DNA of 64,000 nt from Octopus vulgaris (lineage: Eukaryota). A program made the translations under genes and the position numbers. The stretch is taken from assembly GCA_951406725.2 (NCBI GenBank), contig OX597821.1:64232001-64296000 (forward strand), read 5' to 3'. The notes beneath the pieces were generated by a model, which worked only from the letters and a program-made list of their open reading frames with translations, was not told the DNA's origin and did no database searches. This document shows positions 1 through 11,131 of this stretch, piece by piece. Numbering within the stretch: position 1 is the stretch's first letter; the number at the start of each line of letters is the position of its first letter.

Positions 1-115
1 CAAAAGGATGAAAGGCAAAGTTGACCTCAGTGGAATTTGAACTCCGAGCGTAAAGACAGACGAAATACCGCTAAGCATTTCGCCCAGCGTGCTAACGTTT
101 CTGCCAGCTTGCCAC
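1..115 (-). mobile_element. SINE family A (tRNA head plus GCCTTTCATCC...GTCGATAAA...AAGTACCAG core), cut by the window edge
   Basis: Reverse complement of the head GGCAAGCTGGCAGAAACGTTAGC...GAGTTCAAATTCC (A and B boxes) seen in many other copies. Confidence 0.85.
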
Positions 116-502
116 TTTGACTTGGAGGTTCTTGGTATAGAAAACACTTAGCACTCAAATTATTTGGACTTAGGCACCGAAGTCTTTATGAGGGACCAAT
201 TCCGCCTTTAAACCTCTCTGTATCATGATCTGAAAGGTAAGATTTTTTATCTACCCAGATGATGAAGGCTCATTTTACCCAATGTTTATTTGCTTCGATT
301 ACGGCCTGCATACTGTGGTGAACTACATCTACAAACATTGTGATGGATCTATGAGCCCCCAGAATCAGGTGTTGGACTTATAACACCATATCTCATCCCA
401 TTTAATTTTCTCTCATTTGTATTCTGCATAAATTTGATCAATTAATATAAGTGTCTATATATTTATACTTGAATATTCATTGTCTGAAAATCTTCAATCT
501 TT

Positions 503-797
503 ATTTACATTTGACGGATATTTGTCCTCATCTTGTTACTTGTTAACACGTTTCAGCTGATATACCCTCCAGCCTTCATCAGGTGTCTTGGGGAAATTTT
601 AAACCTCGGTTCTCATTCCTAAGGTATTTTTCGATGTAATTATTATCATTATTTTTATTACTATTATTATTTAGGTCACTGTCTGGAATCGAACATGGAA
701 TCTTGGAGTTAGTAGCCCACGCTCTTAACCATTATGTCATATGCCTGTCAAATGTAAATAATGTAAATAATTCCTCATCTCTTAAATATAGAACTGT
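503..797 (-). mobile_element. Small tRNA-headed, hammerhead-containing retroelement with a Penelope-type inverted end
   Basis: 13-bp TSD ATCTTCAATCTTT (490-502 and 798-810). tRNA-like head at 745-674. CTGATGA-A-GGCTG-loop-CAGCT-GAAAC at about 582-549. GTCAAATGTAAATAA is present inverted at both ends. Confidence 0.7.
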
Positions 798-842
798 ATC
801 TTCAATCTTTGTTTTCTTTCTGCTTACATGTTTATATATATA

Positions 843-1038
843 TTCTTTTATTTGTTTCAGTCATTTGACTGCAACCATGCTGGAGTACCGCATTGAGGGG
901 TTTTTAGTCGGACAAATCGACCCCAGAACTTATTCTATGTAAGTCTAGTATTTATTATATCGGTCTCTTTTGTGGAACTGATAAGTTACAGAGACATAAA
1001 CACACCAGCATCAGTTGTCAAGTAATAGTGGGGGTGGA

Positions 1039-1082
<44 letters not shown>

Positions 1083-1240
1083 CGACAGGCTTCTTTCAGT
1101 TTCCATCTACCAAATCCACTCACAAGGCTTTGGTTGGCCTGAAGCTATAGTAGAAGACACTTGTCCAAGGTGATATGCAGTGGGACTGAACCCAGAACCG
1201 TGTGGTTGGGAAGCAAGTTTCTTACCACACAGCCACACCT
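843..1240 (-). mobile_element. SINE family B (tRNA head plus CORE-like CACCTTGGGCAAGTGTCT, internal TG/TA microsatellite)
   Basis: Colinear with copies at 5192-5508, 34875-35260, 36483-36852, 44282-44578 and 56848-57250. Partial copies near 1390-1505, 3710-3790, 9595-9670 and 14810-15003. Confidence 0.85.
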
Positions 1241-1321
1241 GGGCGTGTATATATTTATAAATATATATATTTGTATATCAAATGCAAGCTGTTATATTTA
1301 ATTTGTTTATCCGCGTAATTG

Positions 1322-1363
<42 letters not shown>

Positions 1364-1887
1364 CATGCATACATACATATATAAACATACTACAAGCATT
1401 CACAAGGCGCTGGTTTGTCTAGAGCTACAGTAGAAGACACTTTCCCAAGGTGCCGTGTAGTGGGACTGAATCGGAAATCACATGGTTACAAATTGAGATT
1501 TTTAAATGCACATCCATGACTTTGTAAATAAAAGTGAGCAGAATCTGCACTTGTGTAACTTAAGAGGGGAAAACTGGTGGTGTGCATTCAACCATGTTAG
1601 TGGCTGGCAGGAGTTAATAGACCAGACCCATGATCAAAGCATTCTACCCACGTTCCTTCTACATTTCCTTACAAGTAAGAAACTTGGAATCACTTAATTT
1701 GGAGTGTTTTTTATTTAAGATGGTAGGTGGGATTCAAAGATTTGTCTGCTAGTAGCAGGACAAGGGGCGATCCTGTAGTGTTTCTCAAAAGGAAGCATGT
1801 CAATATTTTGATGGTGTGTGTAGGATACTTCAAAATGAAAAGGAAATAACAAGTGATTAGAATTAGCAATTCAAATATCTCTCTCTC

Positions 1888-2434
1888 ACTGAGACCTTTG
1901 GAAATATGCTGTGCTTGGGAAGACCCAGCAAACCAAGTAAGACCATAACCCGTGTAACCAGCCTATTTATGCGTTGAGGCAAGTGAAATCATAATCAAAA
2001 TCAAATTCGCTGACGTGGCCAATGACCGCACTGCCTAACTGGCACCCGTGCCAGTGGAATGTTAAAAGCACCATCAGAGCGTGATCATTGCCAGGGCCAC
2101 AGATTGGCTCTCATGCCAGTAACATGTGAAAAGCACTATTCAAGCGTGATCGTTGCCAGCGTCTTACCGGCATGTAAAAAACAACATTTGAGCGTGGTCG
2201 TTGCCAGTGCTGCCAGACTGGCTCCCGTGCAGGTAGCATGTAAAAAAACACCTTTTCAGCATGTTTGTTGCCAGAACCACCTGACTGGCCCTCATGCTGG
2301 TGGCACGTAAAAGCACCCACTACACTCTTGGAGTGGTTGGCATTAGGAAGGACATCCTGCTGTAGAAACTCTGCCTGATCAGATGAAACCGTCCAACTCA
2401 TGCCAGCATGGAAAGCGGATGTTAAACGATGATG
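1888..2434 (+). mobile_element. 5'-truncated RTE-type LINE 3' end (ORF C-terminus plus tandem-repeat 3' UTR)
   Basis: DLWKYAVLGKTQQTK* at the 5' side, several ~65-bp repeat units, an AGGAAGG(G/A)CATCC motif and a GAT tail. Paralogous to 2891-3698. Confidence 0.6.
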
Positions 2435-2890
2435 AGAACATTGTTTTCTTCGTCTGCCAAAAAAGGCATTTTTTCCCAAAATACGCCAGCTAAACTAAGT
2501 TGTACTGTCTATTAGTCGTAAGACACCCACTGTTTTTGTCCTGTTTTTACTATTATTGTTTTTTGTATTTTATATTCGTGTGGCATCGTCCATTTTTCTG
2601 TCCCTGTTTCGTATACATTCGATCCTTTTTCCAAGAAATCTAATGCTCGTAGCTTAGTTATTCCTTGGGGCTGGCCGGATCGGAGCGATCTCAAGATTAA
2701 TCAGCCGAAATTGCTAGGATGATCCGGTTCTTGACTGAAGATTGAAGGCTTCGAATGTCCCGTACGTGTTTTTTGTATCGTCTTCTAAAAGTTTAACGTT
2801 CTTGTCCCAGTTTGTATTTTTCTACATATAATATATATAACGGTGTCCGTACCCTCTTTGGCCTTATATATATATATATATATATATATA

Positions 2891-3698
2891 AACCAAATGA
2901 GACCATAACCTGTGGTCTATGCCAGGAGAGTAACCAGCCCGCTTATGCATACCTTTTCCTTCTTTGGTCACTAAACTCTGCTTGCGAAGACCTGTTGAGG
3001 CAAATGAAATCAAAATCAAATTTGATGACAGGCATCCATGCTAGCGGGATGCAAAGAGCACCATACGAGTATGATGGTTTGACAGAGCGGCTAACCGGCT
3101 TCTGTGCCAGTGGCACATAAAAGGGCACCATTCGAGTGTGATTGTTACCAGTGTCGCCTTACTGGCATTTGTGTCCGTGCTAGTAGGGTGCCAGGAGCAC
3201 CATCTGAGTGTGATCATTGCCAGAGCAGCCAACTGGCTTCCGTGCTGGTGGCACATAAAAGGGCACCATTCGAGTGTGATCATTACCAATGTCGCCTTAC
3301 TGGCACCTGTGCCGGTGGCATATGAAAAAAGATTCGAGCAAGGTCATTGCCAGTACTGCCTGACTGGCCACCGTGCTGTGGCACGTAAAAGGGCACCATT
3401 CGAGCGTGATCGTTACCAACGTTGCCTTACTAGCACCTGTACTGGTGGCATGTGTAAAAAGATTCGAGCGAGGTCATTGCCAGTACCGCCTGACTGGCCC
3501 CTGTGCCAGTGGCATGTAAAAAACACCCACTACACTCTTGGAGTGATTGGCGTTAGGAAGGGCATCCAGCTGTGGAAACTCTGCCAGATCAAGACGGGAG
3601 CCTGGTGCAGCCATCTGGTTCACCAGCCCTCAGTCAAAATCGTCCAACCTATGCTAGCATGGAAAGCGGACGTTAAACAATGATGATGATGATGATGA
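2891..3698 (+). mobile_element. Second copy of the RTE-type 3' end, with about 7 units of a ~65-bp tandem repeat
   Basis: Units start near 3104, 3177, 3242, 3309, 3373, 3439 and 3503. Ends GGCGTTAGGAAGGGCATCCAGC...GGACGTTAAACAA(TGA)n. Confidence 0.65.
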
Positions 3699-5191
3699 TA
3701 TATATGCGAAGGTGTGGCTGTGTGGTAAGAAATTTTACTCCCAAACACAAGGCTCCTATTTTAATCTTGTGTAGCACCTTAGGCAAGTGTCTTCAGCAGA
3801 GGTAAAGAATGTGTACACCACCCGTTTCTGTTTTTTTTTGTTTTTTTTTCAGTTTTCTATGTTTCTGATATAGGAGAATATGATTTTGCCCAAAAACCAT
3901 GTTTTCAAAATTTCTCCATCACCACCCCAATTTCCTAATTTTTAATTTTAAAAACATATTTTTTGTTTTTAATCCATGTAGAAAAATAGAGATTAAGAAA
4001 CTGGGAATTTTCTTTTTTTTTTAAACTTTTAATTTTTCTTTAAGAAACATTCAATGTTTGAAAAGTTTTAACAGTTTTGTGACGACCGAGTGTCTTGATA
4101 CATTCTAATGAAAATGTGACAGAAATAGATAATGCCACTCTCTCTTTGGAAGAGAAATTAATTTTTGGTGGAGGTGAGGTGGTGAGGAAGATATTTGTTT
4201 TATTATCACAATTTTCACAGCTTCCACCTGTAATCAACTATTTTGCTAATTCTGACTTTTTTTTTTTTTGTTAATGTTGTCACAAAACTGTTAAAACTGT
4301 TCTAACATGATCTGAGACTGAACCTGGACAGAAAGACTTCCACCCCCACCCCTCATTTCCTCCCAAATTTGTTTATTTTTGGGGCCAAAAATACCCGTTT
4401 TCGGATACGGAGATTCTAGAAAATTGCCAAAAATCGGCATTGTGAAATTTTTCACCCCCTTAACTTCTTCAATTTTGACGTTTTTCCCCAACACTAATTA
4501 ATCCTAAAACCCTAACCCTAAGTACAGAAATGTTTTGAAATTTTTGTCCGAATCATGATGTCTGTATTTTTCTGCATATTTAGAAAAAAAATTCTTAACA
4601 AAAAGAATTTTTTTTCAGAATCATAATCTCCATATTTTTCCGTCTATTTTGAAAAAAAAATTTTAAAAAGTAAAAAAGGTTAAAAATGAAGAGGTGGGAG
4701 TAGTGGTAATTTAGAAATGGCGATTTTTGCCAATTTTTTTCCCCTGTCAGAAAAAAAAAAAAAATTAAAAAGAGTGGATTTAATTTCATTTTATACAAAG
4801 TTTGATACCAATTTATATAGATAATTGTAAACATAACTTATTTATGAGTAAATTTTCATAAATGTTTCTTTTGGGCATTCAATACAACAGATACATGTGC
4901 AGAGTTGTTTGGAGCTTAACAATCACGGCTGGGGACCACAAGTTTTACTTCTTTTGGAATCCAGAAAGGTATGTACAAATAACTTCTTTTGCACACCAGG
5001 TAAAACTTCAGTATGAATTATAAAATTACATTTGAAATGACCTTTTTTTAATTTTGAAATTCATATTTGTGATGAGCATATTAAGAAACTTTATCCCTCC
5101 AGCATTGTTTATTTTTTTCCTAAAATTTCTGTTTTTAATATAGGAGATTAAGATTTTGCTCAAAAAAAGTTTTCAAAATGTTAATAACCCC

Positions 5192-5508
5192 AAGCAAATC
5201 GACCCCAGGACTTATTCTTTGTAAGCCTAGTACTTATTCTATCAGTCTCTTTTGCTGAACCGCTACATTACGGGGACGTAAACACACCGCCATCGGTTGT
5301 CAAGCGATGTTGGGGGGACAAACACACACACACATATATATATACGACAGGCTTCTTCCAGTTTCCGTCTACCAAATCCACTTACAAGGCTTTGGTCAGC
5401 CCAAGGCTATAGTAGAAGACACTTGCCCAAGGTGCCACGCAGTGCAACTGAACCCAGGACCATGTGGTTGGTAAGCAAGCTACTTACCACACAGCCACTC
5501 CTGCGCCT
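5192..5508 (-). mobile_element. SINE family B
   Basis: Head GGCGCAGGAGTGGCTGTGTGGTAAG...GGGTTCAGT on the minus strand; 3' tail truncated. Confidence 0.88.
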
Positions 5509-5633
5509 AACCAAAAATTCTTCAAGGTAGTGGTCCCAGCATGGTCTTTAATGACTCAAAAGACAAAATTTGTCCTTGTCTTCTCAATTAAATCGAAGTG
5601 GGACAAAAATGGTTAAGAAACATTGCGTTAGAA

Positions 5634-5907
5634 CAGGGGTTCCCAACTGGGATTCACGAATAAAAAATTGTAATTTGTGGGTCCATATATCAATTTTGTT
5701 TACTAGACGTACCTGTGTTTATTGAAATTGTCAAGATTTGTATTTGGAATTTATGTTATGAATATAACGAAATTGTTTCATTGTTAGATTTTACTAACCT
5801 ACAAGCAAATATTTTATTTCAAAAATTTATATGTGCATATATGGGTTCCACAGATGATAAGATATTTCTCAAGGTGTCCACAAGCAAAACAAGGTTAGGA
5901 ACCCCTG
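5634..5907. mobile_element. hAT-superfamily MITE (274 bp)
   Basis: TIRs CAGGGGTTCCCAAC / GTTAGGAACCCCTG. Perfect 8-bp TSD CGTTAGAA at 5626-5633 and 5908-5915. Confidence 0.9.
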
Positions 5908-6179
5908 CGTTAGAAAGTCCGTCAATGACTACGTCGGTTGTCTTAAAGATAGCACCAGAAGGTGCAACATGATTCATTGAATATCTGTGTAAATATCGAT
6001 GAAAGGGCTTCGGGATGAGCACTCAATTTTACTGTCATGAATGTCGAACCAGGCCTCATCAGATTATATAGCTGTGGTGGGTGGAAACTGTGCGGAGTCA
6101 GGTAATAACACATGGGTTGTTTGGCCCTAAGACAACCCTTATCGGGCAGACGTTTGATCGTATATATTTATTATTATTA

Positions 6180-6392
6180 AGGTGGCGTGTAGGAAGAATC
6201 GTCAGCACGTCGGGAAAGATGCTTAGCGGCATTTCGTCCGGCGTTACGTTCTGAGTTCAAATTCCGTCGAGGTCGACTTCATCTTATTTTATTGGGGTAG
6301 AAAAATAAGTACCAGTCGAACACTGGGGTCGATGCAATCGACTAGTCCCCTCCACTGAACTAGCTGGCCTGGGGCCAAAATTTGAAACCAAT
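6180..6392 (+). mobile_element. SINE family A with type-II tail (GGCCT..GCCAAAATTTGAAACC)
   Basis: Shared head and core, alternative 3' tail. Confidence 0.8.
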
Positions 6393-7196
6393 ATTATTAT
6401 TTTAATTTTTCCTGTGAAACAATTGCCTGCCGTCCTTTTACAAAACGGTGAGGAAATTGCTTGGGGGTCATTTGACTGCTATGTTTAGAAAGTTAGGTGA
6501 CCACGTAGAAGCACTTGAAAAAACATCCTGTAATGTAAGTGGGGGGTTGGTAAATTAAATTTAAAAAGAATAAGAACCAGCGAATGAGGGTGACAGCAGA
6601 ATGCTATCGACACGGCAGATGGAGAGAGAGAGAGAGAAAACAAAAGAAAATACGTTCGGATGAGACAGCAGTTTTCACAAACGGCGCTATATACAGAGAC
6701 ATAGATAAAGAATTAATACCTATGTTGCGAATCAAAAACATTTGGGGGGTAACAACGATAGTAACACATTCGGTAGTCGAGTTAGGTCTTCCCACGATAG
6801 TTTTGAGGAATTTTCTGTTAGTACAGTGAAAAACCGCTATCAAATGAGAATTAAGACATATGCTGTTGTTAATAAGGAATTAAGGACAGACAACGGATGA
6901 ATGTAACATGATTAAGCAAAATGTACGCGTGTATATATACATACATATATATATATATATACACATACATACTATTCATACGGTATTTATATGTGCTATT
7001 TACACAGATGTGAAATTGGGAGAAAGGAAGAAAACATTGAAGCAGAGAAAGAAAGTGAATGTATGAGAGAGAGAGGGGGAGGTGCTGTAGTATTTACTAC
7101 ACATGTATCAGCATAATTGAAAAACTTTGAGCATGGATATCGAATAAGTCGTCGCGTTTTTGATTTTACAGAGACGGTTTCCAAAGCACCACTTAC

Positions 7197-7272
7197 CGAA
7201 TCCTCGAATCAGTTCAGTAAATACTCCCGGATCACTTTCTATTAAACACCAATCTCCGGCAGTACCTGACAT
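7197..7272 (-). CDS. UCHL5: First coding exon of ubiquitin C-terminal hydrolase L5 (UCH37); the rest of the gene probably lies left of the window
   Basis: Reverse complement reads ACA-ATG then MSGTAGDWCLIESDPGVFTELIRGF plus 1 nt (76 nt), followed by a GTAAGT donor (plus strand acttac 7191-7196). The peptide closely matches the UCHL5 N-terminus (WCLxESDPGVFTELIxGFG). I found no exon 2 in 1-7196. Confidence 0.93.
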
Positions 7273-7302
7273 TGTTACAAATTAAGATTTGAAAATTTTC
7301 GA

Positions 7303-7326
7303 CGGAAGTAACAAGTAACCGGAAGT
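7303..7326. promoter_or_regulatory. Tandem ETS/GABP-type sites in the UCHL5 proximal promoter or 5' UTR
   Basis: CGGAAGT at 7303-7309 and CCGGAAGT at 7319-7326, about 30-55 bp upstream of the ATG in a locally CpG-richer patch. Typical of housekeeping promoters. Confidence 0.65.
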
Positions 7327-8029
7327 AGTATTTTTTTTTTTTTTCTGCTAACGTACGAAAACTTAAAATGTAAATAATTGTGTAAAAATTAAAATAAAAA
7401 AACATGCGTGTCGAAGATAAAGCTTTATGAAATATTGTTTATGATAATTTATAGAATATTTAATTTTGATTATATAATTATAAATGTGTTTTAAAAATTA
7501 GTTTCAATAATGTATGTAGTTTTTGAACTTATTAAATCAATACTTCGTATTTCGCTTATAGTAATTTTATATCAACCAAGAATATAACAAAAACTGTTGT
7601 ACGCAGCAACGGAACGAAATTATTTTACGTGTAGAGTTTTGAAAACGCTGACGGGCAAAATTGACCTTCACCTTTTTGAATTGAAAATGTGTAAGGGACG
7701 TAACTGAAATTCATTTGAAATTTTATCCGTTGCTCTACCGATTAATGAGTTTCTTAATGAGTTTGTTTTATTTCTCTTTTCTTTATACAAAATTACGGAA
7801 TCATTTAATTAGATTCAGAAAATAATAATTATGAACTTGTATTTTTTATCCATTACTCCTTTCAAATTTTGGATTATGGCCAAGCTGGGGCACCACTTTC
7901 AAGTGTTTAGTCCAGTCGTTTTCAACAATTTTTTGCCTATGGATGGCTTCAATCCCCTATTTTATCCTACTGGGCCCCCATAGCCATTGAAAGTATATTT
8001 TAAAAATCCTACTGTATTTTTATAATTCA

Positions 8030-8745
8030 ATATTATTAAGAAAGGCGGCGAGCTGGCAGAAACTTTAGGACGCCGGGCGAAATGCTTAGCGGTATTTCGT
8101 CTGCCGTTACGTTGTGAGATTCAAATTCCGCCGAGGTTGACTTTGCCTTTCATCCTTTCGGGGTCGATTAAATAAGTACCAGTTACGCACTGGGGTCGAT
8201 ATAATCGACTTAATCCGTTTGTCTGTCCTTGTTTGTCTTCTCTGTGTCCTCCCTTGTGGGTAGTAAAGAAATAGGTATTTCGTCTGCCGCTACGTTCTGA
8301 GTTCAGATGCGACCGATATGAATCACGACTATAAGATACGTGTGGGTAGTTGATCTAAATCGAAGGGGACAGACACTCACACAACTACAGTTTTATATAT
8401 ATAGATATTATTAAGAAAGGCGGCGAGCTGGCAGAAACTTTAGGACGCCGGGCGAAATGCTTAGCGGTATTTCGTCTGCCGTTACGTTGTGAGTTCAAAT
8501 TCCGCCGAGGTTGACTTTGCCTTTCATCCTTTCGGGGTCGATTAAATAAGTACCAGTTACGCACTGGGGTCGATATAATCGACTTAATCCGTTTGTCTGT
8601 CCTTGTTTGTCTTCTCTGTGTCCTCCCTTGTGGGTAGTAAAGAAATAGGTATTTCGTCTGCCGCTACGTTCTGAGTTCAGATGCGACCGAAGTCGATTTT
8701 GCCTTTGATCATTTCGGGGTTGATAAATTAAGTACCAGTTTAATA
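8030..8745 (+). repeat. Local ~287-bp duplication of a SINE-A copy around an 88-bp spacer
   Basis: 8030-8316 and 8405-8690 are identical by eye apart from a 1-nt indel and share private substitutions. Confidence 0.9.
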
Positions 8746-8765
8746 CTAGTTGCTGATGTTGCTGC

Positions 8766-9354
8766 TTGCTGTTGAGCGAACGGTCTTCGTCCCAGAGCTC
8801 GCAAGATGGGAGGAGTCCGAAACGTGGTCCTTTGCTATTCGTAAGACCCACAGAAGAGAAAGCAGGTCAACCCCCGACACCGAGAGCATCGACGGATGGA
8901 TGAATGCGCATCCAGGCTCAGCGGTTGCGTAGGAAGTCGGGGACAAGAAACAGGAAGAAAGAGTGAGAGAAAGTTAGGGCGAAAGTGTGGAAGCACTCCG
9001 TCGGTTACGACGATGAGGGTTCCGGTTGATCCGATCAACGGAACAGCCTGCTCGTGGAATTAACGTGTAAGTGGCTGAGCACTCCACAGACACGTGTACC
9101 CTTAACGTAGTTCTCGGGGATATTCAGCGTGACACAGAGAGTGACAAGGCCGGCCCTTTGAAATACAGGTACAACAGAAACAGGAAGTAGGAGTGAGAGA
9201 AAGTTGTGGTGAAAGAGTACAGCAGGGATCACCACCATCCCTGCCGGAGCCTCGTGGAGCTTTAGCTGTTTTCGCTCAATAAACACACACAACTCCCGGT
9301 CTGGGAATCGAAACCGCGAGTCCGCTGCCCTAACCACTGGGCCATTGCGCCTCC
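8766..9354 (-). mobile_element. SINE family C (tRNA-derived head GGAGGCGCAATGGCCCAGTGGTTAGG...TTCGATTCCC)
   Basis: A and B boxes at 9354-9300. CTGATGTTGCTG flanks both sides (probable TSD). A related body lies at about 25000-25225. Confidence 0.75.
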
Positions 9355-10775
9355 ACTGATGTTGCTGTTGTTATGCATGTTGATGTTGATGTTGTTACAC
9401 ACATACATAAGCTGAGAGGAGTAACGGTTTGATGCATGAGCATAGGCTGCCCTACCACGATACCGAAAAATCATTTCACATCGGCTTAAGTCCATTAACT
9501 ATTTCCTGTGCTATCCTCAGGTAACAGACATACACACACGCGCCCATGTATCACATACGGCCTGTACGTTTGCTAATAAGCAAAAACGAAGCTATACTAG
9601 AAGACACTTGTCAAATATATGATGCTGTGAGATCGAACCGAGAGCCACGAGGTAATGGAAGCGAGATTCTTGATCCTACTTGATCCTATCTTGGCATGAA
9701 ATTACAAACTTATAAGGGCATGCGCGTGTGTGTGTGTGTGACCTTTTTTTCATTTTTTAAAATCTTTGAATGATTTTGTCCCTTCAGGTGTGAGAACAAG
9801 CTTTTTAACCACTCCGTATTTTTGTCTACGCTGTCGAATGTAACTTTCTTCTTATAAGATTATAGGACGTAATTTAAGGGCGCTTTGGCTGCTATTTCTA
9901 AAAGGTAAGTAGACTATGATGATGTTCCCGCATTGGATCGTGTCCAATAATCGCATAAATTATCGGTATATTAAAAATAATTACCTAATCGATTTTAATA
10001 TTCTCGTGTTATTGGAGAAAAACATCACTAAATATGAAATTTGAACACTCATCTCCACTACTCTCACCAATCTCGGATAAATGTTTATTTTTTACAATAT
10101 TTTATAGAGTATGAAATCCAGTTGCTCATTTAAAAATATGATTAGAAAGTAACATCAGAATTTGTTCTAAGGGACATAACTCTGCTTAAAATTTATGAGT
10201 TATCTTTCTTCGTTTTGTGGGAGTTAACTCTGCAGATTTTCTGAATGTGTCGCAATTCATGTTTCACATACAACTTGTATGTTAATCATGAACTGTGACT
10301 CATGAATTGTGAAAGCAAAGTCAAATTCAGTGAAATTACGATAGAAAGAACGTAACTAAATACCGTAATGAACTTTATACAGATTTCTGCCGTTTCTTTT
10401 ACTCTGCAGTTTCATATATTTTTCCATTTAGTGATTAAAAATTTCAAACTAAAGAGAGCTTTCTTGATTTTCATTAGGTTCCTCTCGGTTGTATTTTCAG
10501 ATTCCATCTGGAATAACATCCGTTTGATAACATCCATTAACATCCATTGACAGTAAAATGATATGTAAACTGTGTTTGGGACTCTGTTACTCTTTTACTT
10601 GTGTTTCAGTCATTTTAAGGCCAAATTGGGAGAGTTTTTTCTTCTTCTAATTATGAATAGAGATATTATGTGTGAGTAGCTATAACTGGACGATTATAAC
10701 TGAGCTTTAAAGCAAACAAGAAACTCACAGTATCTAACAGATCAAGGAACACATAGTATTTAACAGATCTTTAAG

Positions 10776-11131
10776 GCAGCGAGTTGACAGAAGCGTTACC
10801 GCGCCGGGCAAAAATGCTTAGCGCCATTTCATCCGTCTTTATGCTCCGAGTTCAAATTCCGCTGAGGTCAACTTTGCCTTGTGCCAAAATTTGAAACGGT
10901 TATTTTTAGAACCTAAGTTCAAATCTCTGGCAGAATCGTTAATGCACCAGGCAAAATGCTTAGCAGCATTTCCTTCATCCTCACATTCTGAGTTCAAATT
11001 CTGCCGAGGTCTGCTTTGCCTTTTATCATTCGGTATTGATAAAAATAAGAGCCAGTGAAGTTTTGGGGTGGATGTAATCGACTTAGCCCTCTCTCCTGAA
11101 ATTGCTGGCCTTGTGTCAAAATTTGAAATCA
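10776..11131 (+). mobile_element. Two tandem SINE-A copies with type-II tails (the first internally deleted)
   Basis: Head, B box and GCCAAAATTTGAAA-like tail each occur twice. Confidence 0.8.

Noticed and set aside
674-745. Functional tRNA gene
   Set aside because: The acceptor and other stems pair poorly, and it sits inside a TSD-bounded insert. Treated as a SINE-type head, as are the heads of SINE families A, B and C.
2660-2720. Hammerhead at GGCTG...CAGCC-GAAA
   Set aside because: Stem II and GAAA are present but there is no recognisable CUGANGA core.
3090-3520. CRISPR-like array (regular ~65-bp period with dyads)
   Set aside because: Whole units are homologous with no unique spacers, there are no cas genes, and the context is a eukaryotic LINE UTR.
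4291-4494. UCHL5 exon 2 candidate (KIEEV)
   Set aside because: No QVEEIWSL-like context and no convincing splice sites.
4503-4521. Telomeric repeat
   Set aside because: Only two or three imperfect CCCTAA units, in an interstitial position.
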